Below are positions 30,448 to 41,831 of a DNA stretch of 64,000 bases, piece after piece. Below the pieces are notes generated by a model. That model was not told where the DNA came from. It ran no database searches and worked only from the letters and a program-made list of their open reading frames with translations. Position 1 is the stretch's first letter; each line of letters opens with the position of its first letter. The stretch covers positions 3,773 through 67,772 of the forward strand of contig CAJQIB010000010.1 in NCBI GenBank assembly GCA_905478325.1, in the 5' to 3' direction. Source of the DNA: an uncultured Flavobacteriales bacterium. GTDB taxonomy: Bacteria; Bacteroidota; Bacteroidia; Flavobacteriales_D; Sanyastnellaceae. Made by a program: the position numbers and the translations under genes.

Positions 30448-30726
30448 TTATTTCGCCCGTTCAATCACCTCCACTAATCGCCAGTTCTTACGCTTGCTCA
30501 AAGGTCGTGTTTCCATGATTCGAACCGTGTCACCGACGTTACTCGTTTCAGTTTCGTCATGCACCATGAACTTGCTCGTCTTCTTCAAAAACTTACCATA
30601 CTTGGCATGCTTCTCCATTCGCTCTACAGCGACCACAATGCTCTTGTTCATTGCATTTGAAGTCACAATGCCAGTTCGCTCCTTACGCAGGTTGCGATCG
30701 ATTGATGTTGTCGTTTCAGTGCTCAT
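30448..30726 (-). CDS. rpsQ: 30S ribosomal protein S17
   Basis: [17 protein letters not shown]...HDE...GD.V.I.E.RPLSK pattern. Confidence 0.96.
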   Translation of the reverse strand: MSTETTTSIDRNLRKERTGIVTSNAMNKSIVVAVERMEKHAKYGKFLKKTSKFMVHDETETSNVGDTVRIMETRPLSKRKNWRLVEVIERAK

Positions 30727-30923
30727 GAGTTCGCTTTATTGCGTGCATTCACTTCTGTGAGCAGCCGAGCTACATCACGTTTTTTGTATTTCAAAGCCGT
30801 AGTGGATTCTAATCCCGCTACAGTGTGGTTGAATCGCAGCTTCGCCAACGATTCTCGTTCCACCTCAATCCGTTCCGCCAAATCAGCGTCGGAGAGTTGC
30901 CGAATTTCAGTCATCTCAATCAT
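30723..30923 (-). CDS. rpmC: 50S ribosomal protein L29
   Basis: 66 aa helical protein between rplP and rpsQ; 4-nt overlaps on both sides. Confidence 0.93.
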   Translation of the reverse strand: MIEMTEIRQLSDADLAERIEVERESLAKLRFNHTVAGLESTTALKYKKRDVARLLTEVNARNKANS

Positions 30924-31342
30924 GAGTGTGCATAATCAGGTCGTACAACAAACTTGCATTTTACAGGGAGCTTCTGTGCTCCAAGACGCAAGGCTTCCAT
31001 AGCAGTTTCCATTGGAACACCATCTACTTCAAACATTACGCGTCCTGGACGTACTGGGGCAACCCAGTGACTTGGCGCTCCTTTACCCTTACCCATACGT
31101 ACCTCTGCAGGCTTCGAGGTAATAGGCTTGTCTGGAAAAATTCGAATCCATACTTGTCCTTCACGCTTCATATAGCGATTGATCGCGATACGAGCAGCTT
31201 CAATTTGACGCGAGGTAATAAAACCCACTTCTAGGGTTTTAATTCCAAACGATCCGTATGCGATGGTGCTTCCGCGTTGCGCCAATCCGCGCACACGGCC
31301 CTTCTGCATCTTCCGGTATTTGGTTCTTTTCGGTTGTAACAT
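30920..31342 (-). CDS. rplP: 50S ribosomal protein L16
   Basis: [17 protein letters not shown]-terminus. Confidence 0.98.
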   Translation of the reverse strand: MLQPKRTKYRKMQKGRVRGLAQRGSTIAYGSFGIKTLEVGFITSRQIEAARIAINRYMKREGQVWIRIFPDKPITSKPAEVRMGKGKGAPSHWVAPVRPGRVMFEVDGVPMETAMEALRLGAQKLPVKCKFVVRPDYAHS

Positions 31343-31353
31343 AACCTATTCTA

Positions 31354-32079
31354 TCAATTACGAGTCCGGCGACGAGCACCCGCTGGGCGGCTGGCATTCG
31401 CTGGACGACGATCGTTCGACTGTTTTTGAGCTGGAATTGGCGACAAGTCGCGCTTTCCATAAATCTCACCTCGACAAATCCAGCATTTAATGCCAATTCT
31501 ACCGTAGGTGGTGTGCGCTTCCATCAATGCATAATCGATGTCAGCACGGAATGTGTGCAATGGAATTCGACCTTCTTTGTAGGATTCTGAACGAGCGATT
31601 TCCGCACCATTCACACGTCCTGCAATGTTGATCTTAATCCCCTCAGCTCCAAGACGCATTGTCGCTGCAATGGCCATCTTAATCGCACGTCGGTGCGAAA
31701 TACGAGCCTCAATCTGACGAGCAACACTCTCAGCAACCAATTTCGCATCCAACTCAGGACGCTTGATTTCAAAAATGTTGATCTGAACTTCCTTGCCTGT
31801 GAGTTTCTTCAACTCTTCCCGCAATTTGTCCACTTCCGATCCTCCCTTCCCGATGATGACACCTGGTCGAGCTGATTTTACTGTGACAGTAACCAACTTG
31901 AGCGTACGCTCAATGATAATATTAGAGACACTTGCTTTACGCAAACGCGCCAACAAGTATTCACGGATACGCTCATCCTCTACCAATTTATCCTTGTAGT
32001 CATTCCCACCATACCAGTTGGAGTCCCATCCGCGGATGAAGCCCAAACGGTTTCCTATTGGATTCGTTTTTTGTCCCAT
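31354..32079 (-). CDS. rpsC: 30S ribosomal protein S3
   Basis: [14 protein letters not shown]-terminus, KH domain GKGG motif. Confidence 0.98.
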   Translation of the reverse strand: MGQKTNPIGNRLGFIRGWDSNWYGGNDYKDKLVEDERIREYLLARLRKASVSNIIIERTLKLVTVTVKSARPGVIIGKGGSEVDKLREELKKLTGKEVQINIFEIKRPELDAKLVAESVARQIEARISHRRAIKMAIAATMRLGAEGIKINIAGRVNGAEIARSESYKEGRIPLHTFRADIDYALMEAHTTYGRIGIKCWICRGEIYGKRDLSPIPAQKQSNDRRPANASRPAGARRRTRN

Positions 32080-32082
32080 GGT

Positions 32083-32481
32083 TTAGTTCTTAACGGAGTC
32101 TACAATGATGGTCACGTGATTACTACGCTTCCGGATTCGGTGAGCTCTTCCCTGAGGAGCTGTTTGCAAACGCTTCAGCATCCGCGCACTGTCTACTTTA
32201 ATTTCGCGAACAATCAAATCCGATTCTTCTGGGCGAGAACCTGAGTTCTTCGCTTCCCAATTCGCGATAGCCGATCGAAGTAATTTCTCCAAACGGTTAG
32301 ATGCATCCTGTGGGCTGAATTTTAAAATATTCAAAGCCTGGAACACATCCTTACCGCGAACGGTATCGGCAACCAAACGCATCTTTCTAGGAGACGTTGG
32401 ACAGTTGTTCAACTTCGCGATTGCGATGTTTTTCAACTCTTCTTTACGCGCTTCTGCAGCGAGTCTTTTACGTTTTCCCAT
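32083..32481 (-). CDS. rplV: 50S ribosomal protein L22
   Basis: [15 protein letters not shown] motif. Confidence 0.96.
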   Translation of the reverse strand: MGKRKRLAAEARKEELKNIAIAKLNNCPTSPRKMRLVADTVRGKDVFQALNILKFSPQDASNRLEKLLRSAIANWEAKNSGSRPEESDLIVREIKVDSARMLKRLQTAPQGRAHRIRKRSNHVTIIVDSVKN

Positions 32482-32486
32482 GACGA

Positions 32487-32762
32487 TTAGCGCTTCTTAT
32501 CCTTCTTGTCCGTGTGACCACGGAACGTTCGGGTGGGTGAAAATTCTCCGAGCTTGTGTCCGACCATGTTCTCCGTGATGAAAACAGGGATAAACTGACG
32601 GCCGTTATGCACAGCAATCGTAAATCCTACAAAGTCTGGCGTGATCGTGCTTGCGCGAGACCACGTCTTGATCACAGTCTTCTTACCTGAAGCTTGCAAC
32701 GCGTCTACTCGCTGAACCAGCTTGTAGTGAACAAATGGGGGTTTCTTTAGTGAACGAGACAT
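32487..32762 (-). CDS. rpsS: 30S ribosomal protein S19
   Basis: [12 protein letters not shown]-terminus, GHKLGEF motif. Confidence 0.98.
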   Translation of the reverse strand: MSRSLKKPPFVHYKLVQRVDALQASGKKTVIKTWSRASTITPDFVGFTIAVHNGRQFIPVFITENMVGHKLGEFSPTRTFRGHTDKKDKKR

Positions 32763-32767
32763 GTCAA

Positions 32768-33589
32768 TTACTTCTTCCGACGTTCAATGATATACTTCGA
32801 GCTATTCTTGCGCGGGTTACGCGTCTTGTACCCTTTGGATGGGATGCCATTTCGTGAACGAGGATGTCCACCAGACGACTTTCCTTCACCACCACCCATT
32901 GGGTGATCGACAGGGTTCATGACTACACCACGGACACGAGGACGGCGTCCCAACCAACGGGAACGACCAGCCTTTCCGGAAACTTGTAGGCTATGCTCTG
33001 AATTGCTTACAGAACCAATGACAGCCAAACAAGTCACTAAAATCATTCGCGTTTCACCGCTAGGCAACTTGATGATTGCATACTTGCCGTCACGTGCGTT
33101 GAGCTGGGCGTAAGAGCCTGCACTACGTGCGATGTTAGCGCCTTTTCCTGGGTACAACTCAATGTTATGAATGACTGTTCCCAATGGGATATCACTCAAG
33201 TACATCGCGTGACCTACGTTTGGAATGGCTTCTTTTCCGCTCTGAATCGTCATGCCTGGCTTCAGGCCTTCAGGAGCCACGATGTATCGCTTTTCTCCAT
33301 CGGTGTATTCTACCAAGCAAATTCGAGCTGTACGATTGGGATCATACTCTACCGTTAATACGGTTGCTTCCATGTGCTTGTCACGAGTGAAATCAATCAA
33401 TCGGTAACGACGCTTGTGTCCGCCTCCGCGGTAACGCATCGTCATTTTACCATCAGCATTCCGTCCACCGGACTTCTTGATGGCTCGTAACAACGGCTTG
33501 TATGGCTTGCCCGCTGTCAGGTCGTCGAATTTCGACAACACTTTGTGACGGGTGCCTGGAGTAATGGGGTTGAATTTACGCAGTGCCAT
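32768..33589 (-). CDS. rplB: 50S ribosomal protein L2
   Basis: [15 protein letters not shown] start at 33589 (the ORF-track extension overlaps rplW); [12 protein letters not shown] motif. Confidence 0.97.
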   Translation of the reverse strand: MALRKFNPITPGTRHKVLSKFDDLTAGKPYKPLLRAIKKSGGRNADGKMTMRYRGGGHKRRYRLIDFTRDKHMEATVLTVEYDPNRTARICLVEYTDGEKRYIVAPEGLKPGMTIQSGKEAIPNVGHAMYLSDIPLGTVIHNIELYPGKGANIARSAGSYAQLNARDGKYAIIKLPSGETRMILVTCLAVIGSVSNSEHSLQVSGKAGRSRWLGRRPRVRGVVMNPVDHPMGGGEGKSSGGHPRSRNGIPSKGYKTRNPRKNSSKYIIERRKK

Positions 33590-33593
33590 GTCT

Positions 33594-33887
33594 TCAGATG
33601 TTCTCGTAGAAGTCAATCATTTCACCTTCAGCAATGCTGATGATGGCTTTCTTATATCCTACCGTGCGACCTTTGATCACACCGGTTTTAGTGAACCGTT
33701 GACGTGCCTTACCATCCACACGCAATGTGCGAACTGAGGTCACGGTTACACCGTATTCTTTCTCAACGGCCTTCTTGATCTCCACTTTGTTTGCTCCGTC
33801 ATGGACAACAAACCCGTAGGCGTTGTTCTTTTCGGTATCAGTGGTCATCTTTTCCGTGATGAGCGGCTTGATTAAAATTTGCTGCAT
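33594..33887 (-). CDS. rplW: 50S ribosomal protein L23
   Basis: 97 aa, [10 protein letters not shown]-terminal motif, S10-operon position. Confidence 0.95.
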   Translation of the reverse strand: MQQILIKPLITEKMTTDTEKNNAYGFVVHDGANKVEIKKAVEKEYGVTVTSVRTLRVDGKARQRFTKTGVIKGRTVGYKKAIISIAEGEMIDFYENI

Positions 33888-33895
33888 AACGGAAA

Positions 33896-34522
33896 TTATT
33901 TAAGCAAACCTTCAATCACCTTGTGAGCGCCGTCAACAAAGATGAGAGTGTTGCAATTCAAAATATCGTAAGTGCTGATGTCTGAAGCGACCATAACACG
34001 GTGCTTGGCTAGGTTTCGACTGCTCAAGTAAACCGCTTCATTCGGACTTGGCAAAACCACCAATGTCTTTCGATCAACGAGCTCGAGTCCTTGCATCATG
34101 CCCAAGAAGCTTTGCGTCTTAGGAGCATCAATCTTCATGGCATCCACCACTACTATTGATTTATCCTTGGCCTTGTAGCTCAAAGCGCTTCGACGAGCCA
34201 ACTGCTTCACCTTGTGGTTTAGCTTTTGTGTGTAATCTCTTGGTTCTGGACCAAAAATATTTCCACCGCCTCGAAACAAAGGATTCTTAATCGATCCTGC
34301 ACGTGCGGTACCGGTTCCTTTTTGCTTCTTAATCTTGCGAGTAGAACCAGAAACCAACCCACGGTGCAACGTATCATGTGTTCCCTGACGCTGAGCAGCA
34401 CGGTAACGCTTGACATCCAAATAAATCGCATGGTCATTCGGCTCAATGCCGAATACTGCTTTGCTCAACGTGACTGACTTGTCAGTCTTGGAGCCGCTGG
34501 AGTTATATACGTCAAGTTTCAT
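33896..34522 (-). CDS. rplD: 50S ribosomal protein L4
   Basis: KKQKGTGTARAGS motif; 1-nt overlap with the rplC stop. Confidence 0.96.
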   Translation of the reverse strand: MKLDVYNSSGSKTDKSVTLSKAVFGIEPNDHAIYLDVKRYRAAQRQGTHDTLHRGLVSGSTRKIKKQKGTGTARAGSIKNPLFRGGGNIFGPEPRDYTQKLNHKVKQLARRSALSYKAKDKSIVVVDAMKIDAPKTQSFLGMMQGLELVDRKTLVVLPSPNEAVYLSSRNLAKHRVMVASDISTYDILNCNTLIFVDGAHKVIEGLLK

Positions 34523-35151
34523 TACGCTTCAGGTTTACGGACTATAACAGTGGATCCGCGATGTCCAGGGACTGCTCCCTTTACCACCAAAACACCATCC
34601 TCAGCCAATACTTTTACCACTTCTAAGTTTTCAATGGTCACTCGCGTGTTACCCATTTGACCTGCCATTCGCATGCCTTTGAATACACGAGCTGGCGTCG
34701 ACGCCGCACCAATTGATCCCGGTGCACGCAAACGATTGTGCTGACCGTGGGTCGCTTGACCCACACCAGCAAAGCCGTGACGCTTAACAACACCTTGGAA
34801 ACCTTTTCCTTTTGTCAATCCGCTTACAGAAACGAATTCACCTTCATTGAAAATATCTTCTACTTTCAATTCATCGCCTGCATTCAATTCATTGGAGAAG
34901 CCTCTGAATTCTGCGATTTTGCGCTTGATACCGACACCGGCACGCTTAAAATGGCCTTGCATGGCCTTTGATGTCCGCTTTTCAGTGCGGTCACCAAATC
35001 CGAGTTGAATGGCTTTGTAGCCATCCTTCTCTAGGGTACGTACTTGCGTTACTACGCAAGGACCAACTTCTAGAATTGTGCATGGAATATTCTTCCCAGC
35101 GGCACTGTAGATGCTGGTCATACCTACTTTTTTCCCTATGAGTCCGGGCAT
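34522..35151 (-). CDS. rplC: 50S ribosomal protein L3
   Basis: [16 protein letters not shown]-terminus, [12 protein letters not shown] motif. Confidence 0.97.
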   Translation of the reverse strand: MPGLIGKKVGMTSIYSAAGKNIPCTILEVGPCVVTQVRTLEKDGYKAIQLGFGDRTEKRTSKAMQGHFKRAGVGIKRKIAEFRGFSNELNAGDELKVEDIFNEGEFVSVSGLTKGKGFQGVVKRHGFAGVGQATHGQHNRLRAPGSIGAASTPARVFKGMRMAGQMGNTRVTIENLEVVKVLAEDGVLVVKGAVPGHRGSTVIVRKPEA

Positions 35152-35190
35152 GATCTTGGTTATTACTTATATGATCTGACAGGCGGTCCG

Positions 35191-35496
35191 TCAGACTTTA
35201 ATTTCTACTTCTACGCCACTAGGCAATTCCAATCGCATCAATGCATCTACGGTCTTCGAAGAAGAACTGTAAATATCAATCAGGCGCTTGTATGCGTTCA
35301 ATTCAAACTGTTCACGCGACTTCTTGTTGACGTGCGGTGAACGCAAAACCGTGTAAATACGTTGGTGAGTTGGCAACGGAACGGGCCCGCTAATAACAGC
35401 ACCTGTGGTCTTCACAGTCTTGACAATTTTCTCAGCGGACTTATCGACCAGATTGTGATCGTAAGACTTGAGTTTTATGCGGATTTTCTGAGTCAT
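35191..35496 (-). CDS. rpsJ: 30S ribosomal protein S10
   Basis: [14 protein letters not shown] start at 35496; the ORF-track extension overlaps the fusA 3' end. Confidence 0.97.
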   Translation of the reverse strand: MTQKIRIKLKSYDHNLVDKSAEKIVKTVKTTGAVISGPVPLPTHQRIYTVLRSPHVNKKSREQFELNAYKRLIDIYSSSSKTVDALMRLELPSGVEVEIKV

Positions 35497-35512
35497 GAGT
35501 ATTTGAATGTGC

Positions 35513-37612
35513 TTAGCCTTGAGCTTCAGCAATCACTTTTTCCTGAACATGGGTTGGCGCACCTGAATAGTGACTAAACGACATGGATGACGTTGCACGG
35601 CCTGAGGTCAATGTCCTCAAGTCTGTAACATATCCGAACATTTCTGACAAGGGCACTTTGGCGTTGACAATGGTCTTACCTGAACGCTCACCAGTTCCTT
35701 CGATAAGCGAACGACGCTTGTTGAGGTCACCAATGACATCACCCATGTTTTCATCTGGAGTCACGACCTCCAGCTGCATCATAGGTTCCAAAATGCGCGG
35801 CTGGCATTGCTTGATCGCATGACGGTAAGCCATTTTGGCGGCCAATTCAAACGACAACTGATCTGAGTCAACTGCGTGGAAACTTCCATCAAGCAATTCT
35901 ACAGCCATGCTGTCCATTTGATATCCTGCCAATACACCGTTCTTCATCGCTTCCTCAAAACCTTTCTGCACTGAAGGAACAAATTCCTTCGGAACGTTTC
36001 CGCCCTTCACAGAGTTCTTGAAAACCAATCCAGTTTCTTCCGGAGTTGGAGACGGGCCGATGTTGACAACGATGTCCGCGAACTTTCCGCGTCCACCAGA
36101 TTGCTTCTTGTAAACCTCACGGTGCTTCGTACCACCGAAAATCGCTTCCTTGTAATTCACTTGAGGCGCTCCTTGATTGCACTCAACCTTGAATTCACGA
36201 CGCAAACGATCCACCAATACTTCCAAGTGCAATTCACCCATTCCTGAGATGACCGTTTGACCAGTCTCTTCATCCGTCTTCACACGGAATGTAGGATCTT
36301 CTTCAGAAAGCTTAGACAAGCCATTGGACAGCTTATCCAAATCAACCTGAGACTTCGGTTCAATCGCAATACCAATTACTGGCTCTGGGAAAGACATGCT
36401 CTCGAGCACAATCGACGAACCTTCAGCACAGAGTGTGTCGCCCGTCTTGATATCCTTAAACCCTACCACAGCTCCAATGTCGCCGGCTTCCAATACATCG
36501 ATCGGGTTCTGCTTGTTGGAGTGCATTTGGAAAATTCGTGAAATACGCTCCTTCTTACCTGATCGCGTATTGACTACATACGATCCAGCAGGTAGCGTAC
36601 CCGAATAGGCTCTTACGAAACAAAGTCGACCAACAAAAGGATCCGTAGCAATCTTAAATGCTAAGCCAGCAAATGGCTCATCGGGATCCGGCTTGCGTTC
36701 AATCTGAATGCTCTCATCGTCCACATCCGTTCCCACAATAGCTTCAACATCATAAGGAGAAGGCAAGTACTGCATGACCGCATCGAGCATGGTCTGCACT
36801 CCCTTGTTCTTAAATGCTGAGCCACACAATAGCGGTGTGATCTGCATGCCAATGGTGGCCTTGCGAATCGCATCGATAATTTCTTCTTCAGTCAAACTGT
36901 CTGGATCCTCGAAGTACTTCTCCATCAGAACATCGTTCTGCTCGGCAGCGGCTTCGATCAACAATCCACGATACTCAGCAACGACTTCAACCAGATCCTC
37001 TGGAATTGGAATCTCATTCCACGTCGACCCCATATCCTCTTCGTTCCAAATGAACGCCTTGTTCTTCACCAAGTCAACGACTCCTTTGAAATCATCCTCA
37101 GCTCCAATAGGCACCTGCAACGGAACAGGACGTGCACCAAGCATGTCCTTGATCATTCCGACTACGTTGAAGAAGTCAGCTCCTGATCGGTCCATCTTAT
37201 TGATGAATCCAATCCTCGGTACCTTGTACTTATCAGCTAAACCCCAGTTGGTTTCAGATTGTGGTTCAACACCCGAAACGGCACAAAACAGAGCAACCGC
37301 TCCATCCAATACACGCAATGAACGCTCTACCTCTACCGTAAAGTCAACGTGGCCCGGTGTGTCAATGATGTTGATTCTGTAATCTTCATCTCTGAATTTC
37401 CAGAAACAAGTTGTTGCAGCAGACGTGATGGTGATACCACGCTCTTGCTCTTGCTCCATCCAATCCATCGTAGCAGCACCATCGTGCACCTCTCCGATTT
37501 TGTGAGAAATCCCGGTGTAATACAATACACGCTCTGTTGTTGTGGTTTTACCCGCATCAACGTGAGCCATGATACCGATGTTCCGCGTATAGTTGAGGTC
37601 TCTTTTAGCCAT
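35513..37612 (-). CDS. fusA: elongation factor G
   Basis: 699 aa, [18 protein letters not shown]1 motif and DTPGHVDF G3 motif. Confidence 0.98.
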   Translation of the reverse strand: MAKRDLNYTRNIGIMAHVDAGKTTTTERVLYYTGISHKIGEVHDGAATMDWMEQEQERGITITSAATTCFWKFRDEDYRINIIDTPGHVDFTVEVERSLRVLDGAVALFCAVSGVEPQSETNWGLADKYKVPRIGFINKMDRSGADFFNVVGMIKDMLGARPVPLQVPIGAEDDFKGVVDLVKNKAFIWNEEDMGSTWNEIPIPEDLVEVVAEYRGLLIEAAAEQNDVLMEKYFEDPDSLTEEEIIDAIRKATIGMQITPLLCGSAFKNKGVQTMLDAVMQYLPSPYDVEAIVGTDVDDESIQIERKPDPDEPFAGLAFKIATDPFVGRLCFVRAYSGTLPAGSYVVNTRSGKKERISRIFQMHSNKQNPIDVLEAGDIGAVVGFKDIKTGDTLCAEGSSIVLESMSFPEPVIGIAIEPKSQVDLDKLSNGLSKLSEEDPTFRVKTDEETGQTVISGMGELHLEVLVDRLRREFKVECNQGAPQVNYKEAIFGGTKHREVYKKQSGGRGKFADIVVNIGPSPTPEETGLVFKNSVKGGNVPKEFVPSVQKGFEEAMKNGVLAGYQMDSMAVELLDGSFHAVDSDQLSFELAAKMAYRHAIKQCQPRILEPMMQLEVVTPDENMGDVIGDLNKRRSLIEGTGERSGKTIVNAKVPLSEMFGYVTDLRTLTSGRATSSMSFSHYSGAPTHVQEKVIAEAQG

Positions 37613-37639
37613 AATCTTATCTACGTAATCAGTTCGTAA

Positions 37640-38107
37640 TCAGAAACGGAAATGCGAGAATGCCTTGTTTGCCTCTGCCATTCGGTGGGTGTCTTCTTTC
37701 TTCTTGAAAGTAGCTCCCTCCTCCTTAGCCGCAGCAACCACTTCAGATGCCAGACGCTCCGACATGGATTTCTCATTTCGCTTGCGCGCATATCCGATCA
37801 ACCATTTCATGGCCAAACTGACCTTGCGTGAATCGCGGATAGGCTGTGGGATTTGAAAAGTCGCACCACCCACACGGCGGCTACGTACTTCCACTCCAGG
37901 AGTGACATTGTCCAAAGCCCGCTTGAATACTTCCAAGCTATCCTCCTCGGTGCGTTCTGCAACGCGATCCATGGCTTTGTAGAATATATCGAACGCTACG
38001 CTTTTCTTCCCGTCCAACATTAAATTGTTGACGAAACTCGTAACGAGTACACTGTCGAATCGTGGATCCGGCAGAATCAAATGCTTTTTGGCTACTCTCC
38101 TTCTCAT
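37640..38107 (-). CDS. rpsG: 30S ribosomal protein S7
   Basis: PDPRFDSVLV...GKKS pattern, ends AFSHFRF. Confidence 0.97.
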   Translation of the reverse strand: MRRRVAKKHLILPDPRFDSVLVTSFVNNLMLDGKKSVAFDIFYKAMDRVAERTEEDSLEVFKRALDNVTPGVEVRSRRVGGATFQIPQPIRDSRKVSLAMKWLIGYARKRNEKSMSERLASEVVAAAKEEGATFKKKEDTHRMAEANKAFSHFRF

Positions 38108-38113
38108 GATCGC

Positions 38114-38494
38114 TTACTTCTTGGCTTTAGGCCGCTTAGTTCCATATTTAGAACGACGTTGTGAACGTCCCTCTACACCTGCGGTGTCCAATGCGCCACG
38201 CACAATGTGGTATCGAACACCTGGTAAATCTTTTACACGACCGCCACGAACCAATACAATGCTGTGCTCTTGTAGGTTGTGCCCTTCACCACCAATGTAG
38301 GCATTGACTTCGTTGCCGTTAGTCAATCGCACACGGGCGACTTTCCTCATGGCGGAGTTCGGCTTCTTTGGAGTCGTGGTATATACACGGACGCAAACGC
38401 CGCGCCTTTGTGGGCACGAATCCAAAGCGGCAGATTTGCTCGCTTGGGTCTTCGTTACGCGTCCTTTTCGGATGAGCTGCTGTATGGTAGGCAT
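38114..38494 (-). CDS. rpsL: 30S ribosomal protein S12
   Basis: [13 protein letters not shown]-terminus, [10 protein letters not shown] motif. Confidence 0.98.
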   Translation of the reverse strand: MPTIQQLIRKGRVTKTQASKSAALDSCPQRRGVCVRVYTTTPKKPNSAMRKVARVRLTNGNEVNAYIGGEGHNLQEHSIVLVRGGRVKDLPGVRYHIVRGALDTAGVEGRSQRRSKYGTKRPKAKK

Positions 38495-38554
38495 TCGACC
38501 TGATCTATCAGATTATGTTTAAACAATATCTTTTTCCCCGCAATAAAGGGGGTG

Positions 38555-38562
38555 CAAAAGTA
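38555..38562 (-). promoter_or_regulatory. candidate rpsL/superoperon promoter: -7 box TACTTTTG with -33 TTG at 38582-38584
   Basis: Minus strand reads CTTG-N19-TACTTTTG, about 60 nt upstream of the rpsL ATG. Confidence 0.55.
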
Positions 38563-38715
38563 GCAGATTATGAGTTAAAAACAAGCGGCACCGCAGGGTT
38601 TTTTCAAGCAGACCCCACATTCACCTTCAAGCCTCTTTAAAATGAGCCGTTTAACAGGGGCTACAGACGCGCAAAAAACCTCATATATGGCACCTCGAAT
38701 GAATAGTTTTTCACA

Positions 38716-41169
38716 ATGTTGCGAAGAGAGACCTCCCCCTACTTCGATAAGCGAATCACTTCATACCTTCACCTTGTGGAATTTCTGAACGATTTAAACG
38801 AGGCGCAGAGGGGAGCGGCAAGCCATGTTGAGGGCCCCATGATGGTCATTGCTGGAGCAGGATCGGGTAAAACGCGCGTACTGACCTACCGCATCGCCCA
38901 TTTGATTTCGAAAGGCACCGATGCGTTTTCCATCCTCGCCTTGACGTTTACAAACAAGGCGGCCAGAGAAATGAAAGATCGAATCGCCAAGGTAATTGGC
39001 GATGGCGAGGCACGGAACGTTTGGATGGGAACCTTTCACAGTGTCTTCGCTCGCATCTTGCGCATCGAAAGTGAGCGGATCAACTACCCCCGAAACTTCA
39101 CCATTTACGACACATCAGATAGCCGAGCATTGATCAAGGATATTGTCAAAGGGCTCGGCTTGGACGACAAAGTATACAAAGCTGCGAGCGTCCAATCACG
39201 GATATCCAACGCCAAAAACAACCTGATTGACGCAAAAGGGTATGCCGATAATACAGACATCATGTCTGAAGACACTCAGGCAGGACGGCCCCGGATTCAT
39301 GAGGTATATCGGGCGTACGAAAGCCGCTGTTTTCGCGCACAAGCGATGGATTTTGATGACCTCTTATTCAAAATGAATGTGTTGTTGAGGGACTTTCCGG
39401 ACTTGCTTCTGAAGTACCAGCACAAGTTTCAATACATCTTGGTCGATGAGTATCAGGACACCAACTTTTCTCAATATGTCATCATCAAACAACTGGCGGC
39501 ATTGCGAGAGAATCTTTGCGTTGTTGGCGATGATGCACAATCCATCTATGGATTTCGCGGAGCCAACATTGAGAATATCCTGAATTTCAAAAAGGACTAT
39601 CCTGATTTCGCGATGTACAAGCTCGAGCAAAACTACCGCTCGACTCAATTCATCGTGAACGCGGCCAATAGTGTCATCGCTCACAATTCAGAGCAGATTG
39701 AGAAAGTTGTTTGGACCTCCAATGAAGCAGGTCAACGCATCCAAATTAACCGGTGTTATTCAGACAACGAAGAGGGCAAGCTCGTCGCGTCTCAAGTCTT
39801 TGACGTACACAACCAGAATCAAGTCCATTGGAAGAATTTTGCCATTCTCTATCGCACCAATGCGCAATCCCGAGCTTTTGAGGAGAGCTTTCGAAAACTC
39901 AATATTCCATACCGCATATTCGGAGGGCTATCATTTTATCAGCGCAAAGAGATCAAGGACCTCATCGCCTATTTCAGATTGACAGCAAATCATCGGGATG
40001 AAGAGGCCCTCAAACGGGTCATCAACTACCCTGCACGTGGCATAGGTAAAACCACTATGGATCGGCTACTTGTGGAATCAACCGCACGTGACGTGTCCAT
40101 TTGGGAGTTGGTAACAGACCCCTTCAACCCGCCAGAAAGCGTTCAGGGAGCGGCGCTGCGCAAGGTCCAGGATTTCACAGCAATGGTTCAAGGTTTTGCA
40201 GCCGAAATGCACACCAAAGATGCCCATGACTTGGGCATGCACATCGCCAAACACACCGGACTGGTTCATACGCTGTATCAAGACAAAACACCTGAGGGCG
40301 TTGCTCGATATGACAACTTGCAAGAATTGCTCAATGGCATGAAGGCCTTCACTGATCAATCGAAAGCAAGCACTCCGGATGAAGTTCCCACATTGGGAGA
40401 TTTCTTGATGGACGTGGCCTTACTGACCGATGCCGATCAAGACGATGGTGACGACAACAAAGTTGGTTTTATGAGCATCCATGCGGCAAAAGGATTGGAG
40501 TTTGCTCATGTGTTCGTCGTAGGCATGGAAGAGAATCTATTCCCTAGTCAAATGGCCATGGAGTCGCGAGCGGACATGGAAGAAGAGCGACGGCTCTTTT
40601 ACGTTGCCATTACACGAGCAGAAAAAAGCTGCACGTTGAGCTATGCCCTGACCCGCTACAAATGGGGACAACTCATTCAAGCAGAATCCAGTCGGTTTTT
40701 AGAAGAGATTGATCCAGAGTGTGTTATCATGCCATCTGCCCAAGCAGCCAAACCCAATCCTTTTGCAGGTGGAGCTGGCATGGAGGCCGCGCGCAATTCA
40801 TGGCAATCCATGAGCAGTGGGAAGAGCCAACCTCAATCCGCTTTTGACCGGCTTTCGAAAAAAGCTCAACCCAAGAATACAGCAAGCCCATTCAAAGGAG
40901 CCGCGGCACCTGTTATTCCAAAGTCGGCATCAGGGAAGCCCTTAAAACGTATGGAGGGAAGCCCTTCGTCGGAGCGGCAGGACACAACGCAAACCGCATC
41001 CGCAAGCGTATTGCAGGAAGGCACTCAAGTGCAGCATGAACGATTTGGAAAAGGAAAAATAACCCGCATCGAAGGGGAGGCGCCGAATCAAAAAGCAACC
41101 GTGTTTTTCCCTTCAGCTGGCCAAAAACAATTGCTACTAAAATTCGCGAAACTTCAAGTTATTTCGTGA
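38716..41169 (+). CDS. ATP-dependent DNA helicase, UvrD/PcrA (SF1) family
   Basis: LNEAQ, GPMMVIAGAGSGKT, DEYQDTN, motif VI VAITRA, C-terminal FGKGKI Tudor-like tail. Start uncertain (ATG 38716 or GTG 38776). Confidence 0.92.
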   Translation: MLRRETSPYFDKRITSYLHLVEFLNDLNEAQRGAASHVEGPMMVIAGAGSGKTRVLTYRIAHLISKGTDAFSILALTFTNKAAREMKDRIAKVIGDGEARNVWMGTFHSVFARILRIESERINYPRNFTIYDTSDSRALIKDIVKGLGLDDKVYKAASVQSRISNAKNNLIDAKGYADNTDIMSEDTQAGRPRIHEVYRAYESRCFRAQAMDFDDLLFKMNVLLRDFPDLLLKYQHKFQYILVDEYQDTNFSQYVIIKQLAALRENLCVVGDDAQSIYGFRGANIENILNFKKDYPDFAMYKLEQNYRSTQFIVNAANSVIAHNSEQIEKVVWTSNEAGQRIQINRCYSDNEEGKLVASQVFDVHNQNQVHWKNFAILYRTNAQSRAFEESFRKLNIPYRIFGGLSFYQRKEIKDLIAYFRLTANHRDEEALKRVINYPARGIGKTTMDRLLVESTARDVSIWELVTDPFNPPESVQGAALRKVQDFTAMVQGFAAEMHTKDAHDLGMHIAKHTGLVHTLYQDKTPEGVARYDNLQELLNGMKAFTDQSKASTPDEVPTLGDFLMDVALLTDADQDDGDDNKVGFMSIHAAKGLEFAHVFVVGMEENLFPSQMAMESRADMEEERRLFYVAITRAEKSCTLSYALTRYKWGQLIQAESSRFLEEIDPECVIMPSAQAAKPNPFAGGAGMEAARNSWQSMSSGKSQPQSAFDRLSKKAQPKNTASPFKGAAAPVIPKSASGKPLKRMEGSPSSERQDTTQTASASVLQEGTQVQHERFGKGKITRIEGEAPNQKATVFFPSAGQKQLLLKFAKLQVIS

Positions 41170-41822
41170 TGAATACGCTGTCGGGCCCCTGTTTTTTGAT
41201 TGCAGTCCTCTGTGCGTTTGGCTGCCGTCCAGAACCGGATGGCCAACTGCAGATCCAAGTCCATGCGCAGCATGCCGATGCAGAAACAGTAGCCCCCAAC
41301 ATCCAGCTCACACTGGCAAGACGGGTATTGGCTGATGGTATTCTCAACGGGAATTACGAGACGGTGGCCAGCACACAAACCGATGGCTCAGGCTTCGGAG
41401 AATTGAACTTTCAGCGGGTCAACGCGCTGGATTATAGACTCACCGCTACCGGACTCGATTGGTTTTCTTTGGAAGAGTCCATCAACCCCGATGTCTTTAT
41501 CGACTCCAAAGTTCTCGCTCTGGATTTTGACGTCATGCCCAGAGCCAACGTCATCATTCGATTGATCAATGCCAATCCGTTTCAGACTGACGATGCCATC
41601 GAGTTTCGAACGCTCAACATAGCCGGATCTTACGCTACCTGCTCCAATGCTTGGGAGTCCCACACGGGGTTGGACGTGGACATTCAACGGTCTTGTAATA
41701 TCGAAGCCGATCGGTATCTACCCTACATCTACCGTGTCTTTAGAAACAATGAATGGACGGAAATGGTTGACTCGCTGTATATCGCCCAAGGCGATAGCGC
41801 ATCCCTCCAAATTGCCTGGTAA
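41166..41822 (+). CDS. hypothetical lipoprotein
   Basis: Signal peptide with AFGC lipobox; the GTG/ATG start overlaps the helicase TGA (GTGATG). I recognise no family motif. Confidence 0.6.
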   Translation: MMNTLSGPCFLIAVLCAFGCRPEPDGQLQIQVHAQHADAETVAPNIQLTLARRVLADGILNGNYETVASTQTDGSGFGELNFQRVNALDYRLTATGLDWFSLEESINPDVFIDSKVLALDFDVMPRANVIIRLINANPFQTDDAIEFRTLNIAGSYATCSNAWESHTGLDVDIQRSCNIEADRYLPYIYRVFRNNEWTEMVDSLYIAQGDSASLQIAW

Positions 41823-41831
41823 TCCCTCTGC

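Noticed and set aside
36774-37382. 202-aa ORF antisense to fusA
   Set aside because: EF-G is unambiguous on the other strand. The antisense translation is Ser-rich low complexity.
38627-38634. The CCTTCAAG 8-mer is shared between the rpsL/helicase spacer and the murA leader repeat
   Set aside because: The same 8-mer or its reverse complement also occurs inside lpxK and carA coding sequence. That frequency is consistent with chance for an 8-mer.
38516-38644. 42-codon ORF (MFKQYLFPRNKGG...) in the rpsL/helicase spacer
   Set aside because: It overlaps the predicted rpsL promoter on the opposite strand, has no signal-peptide or other features, and has no promoter box. It is most likely a chance ORF.
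38688-38693. TGGCAC 23 nt upstream of the helicase ATG
   Set aside because: The -12 position reads ATGA with no GC. The TAGTTTTT -7-like box is a better explanation for promoter activity here.
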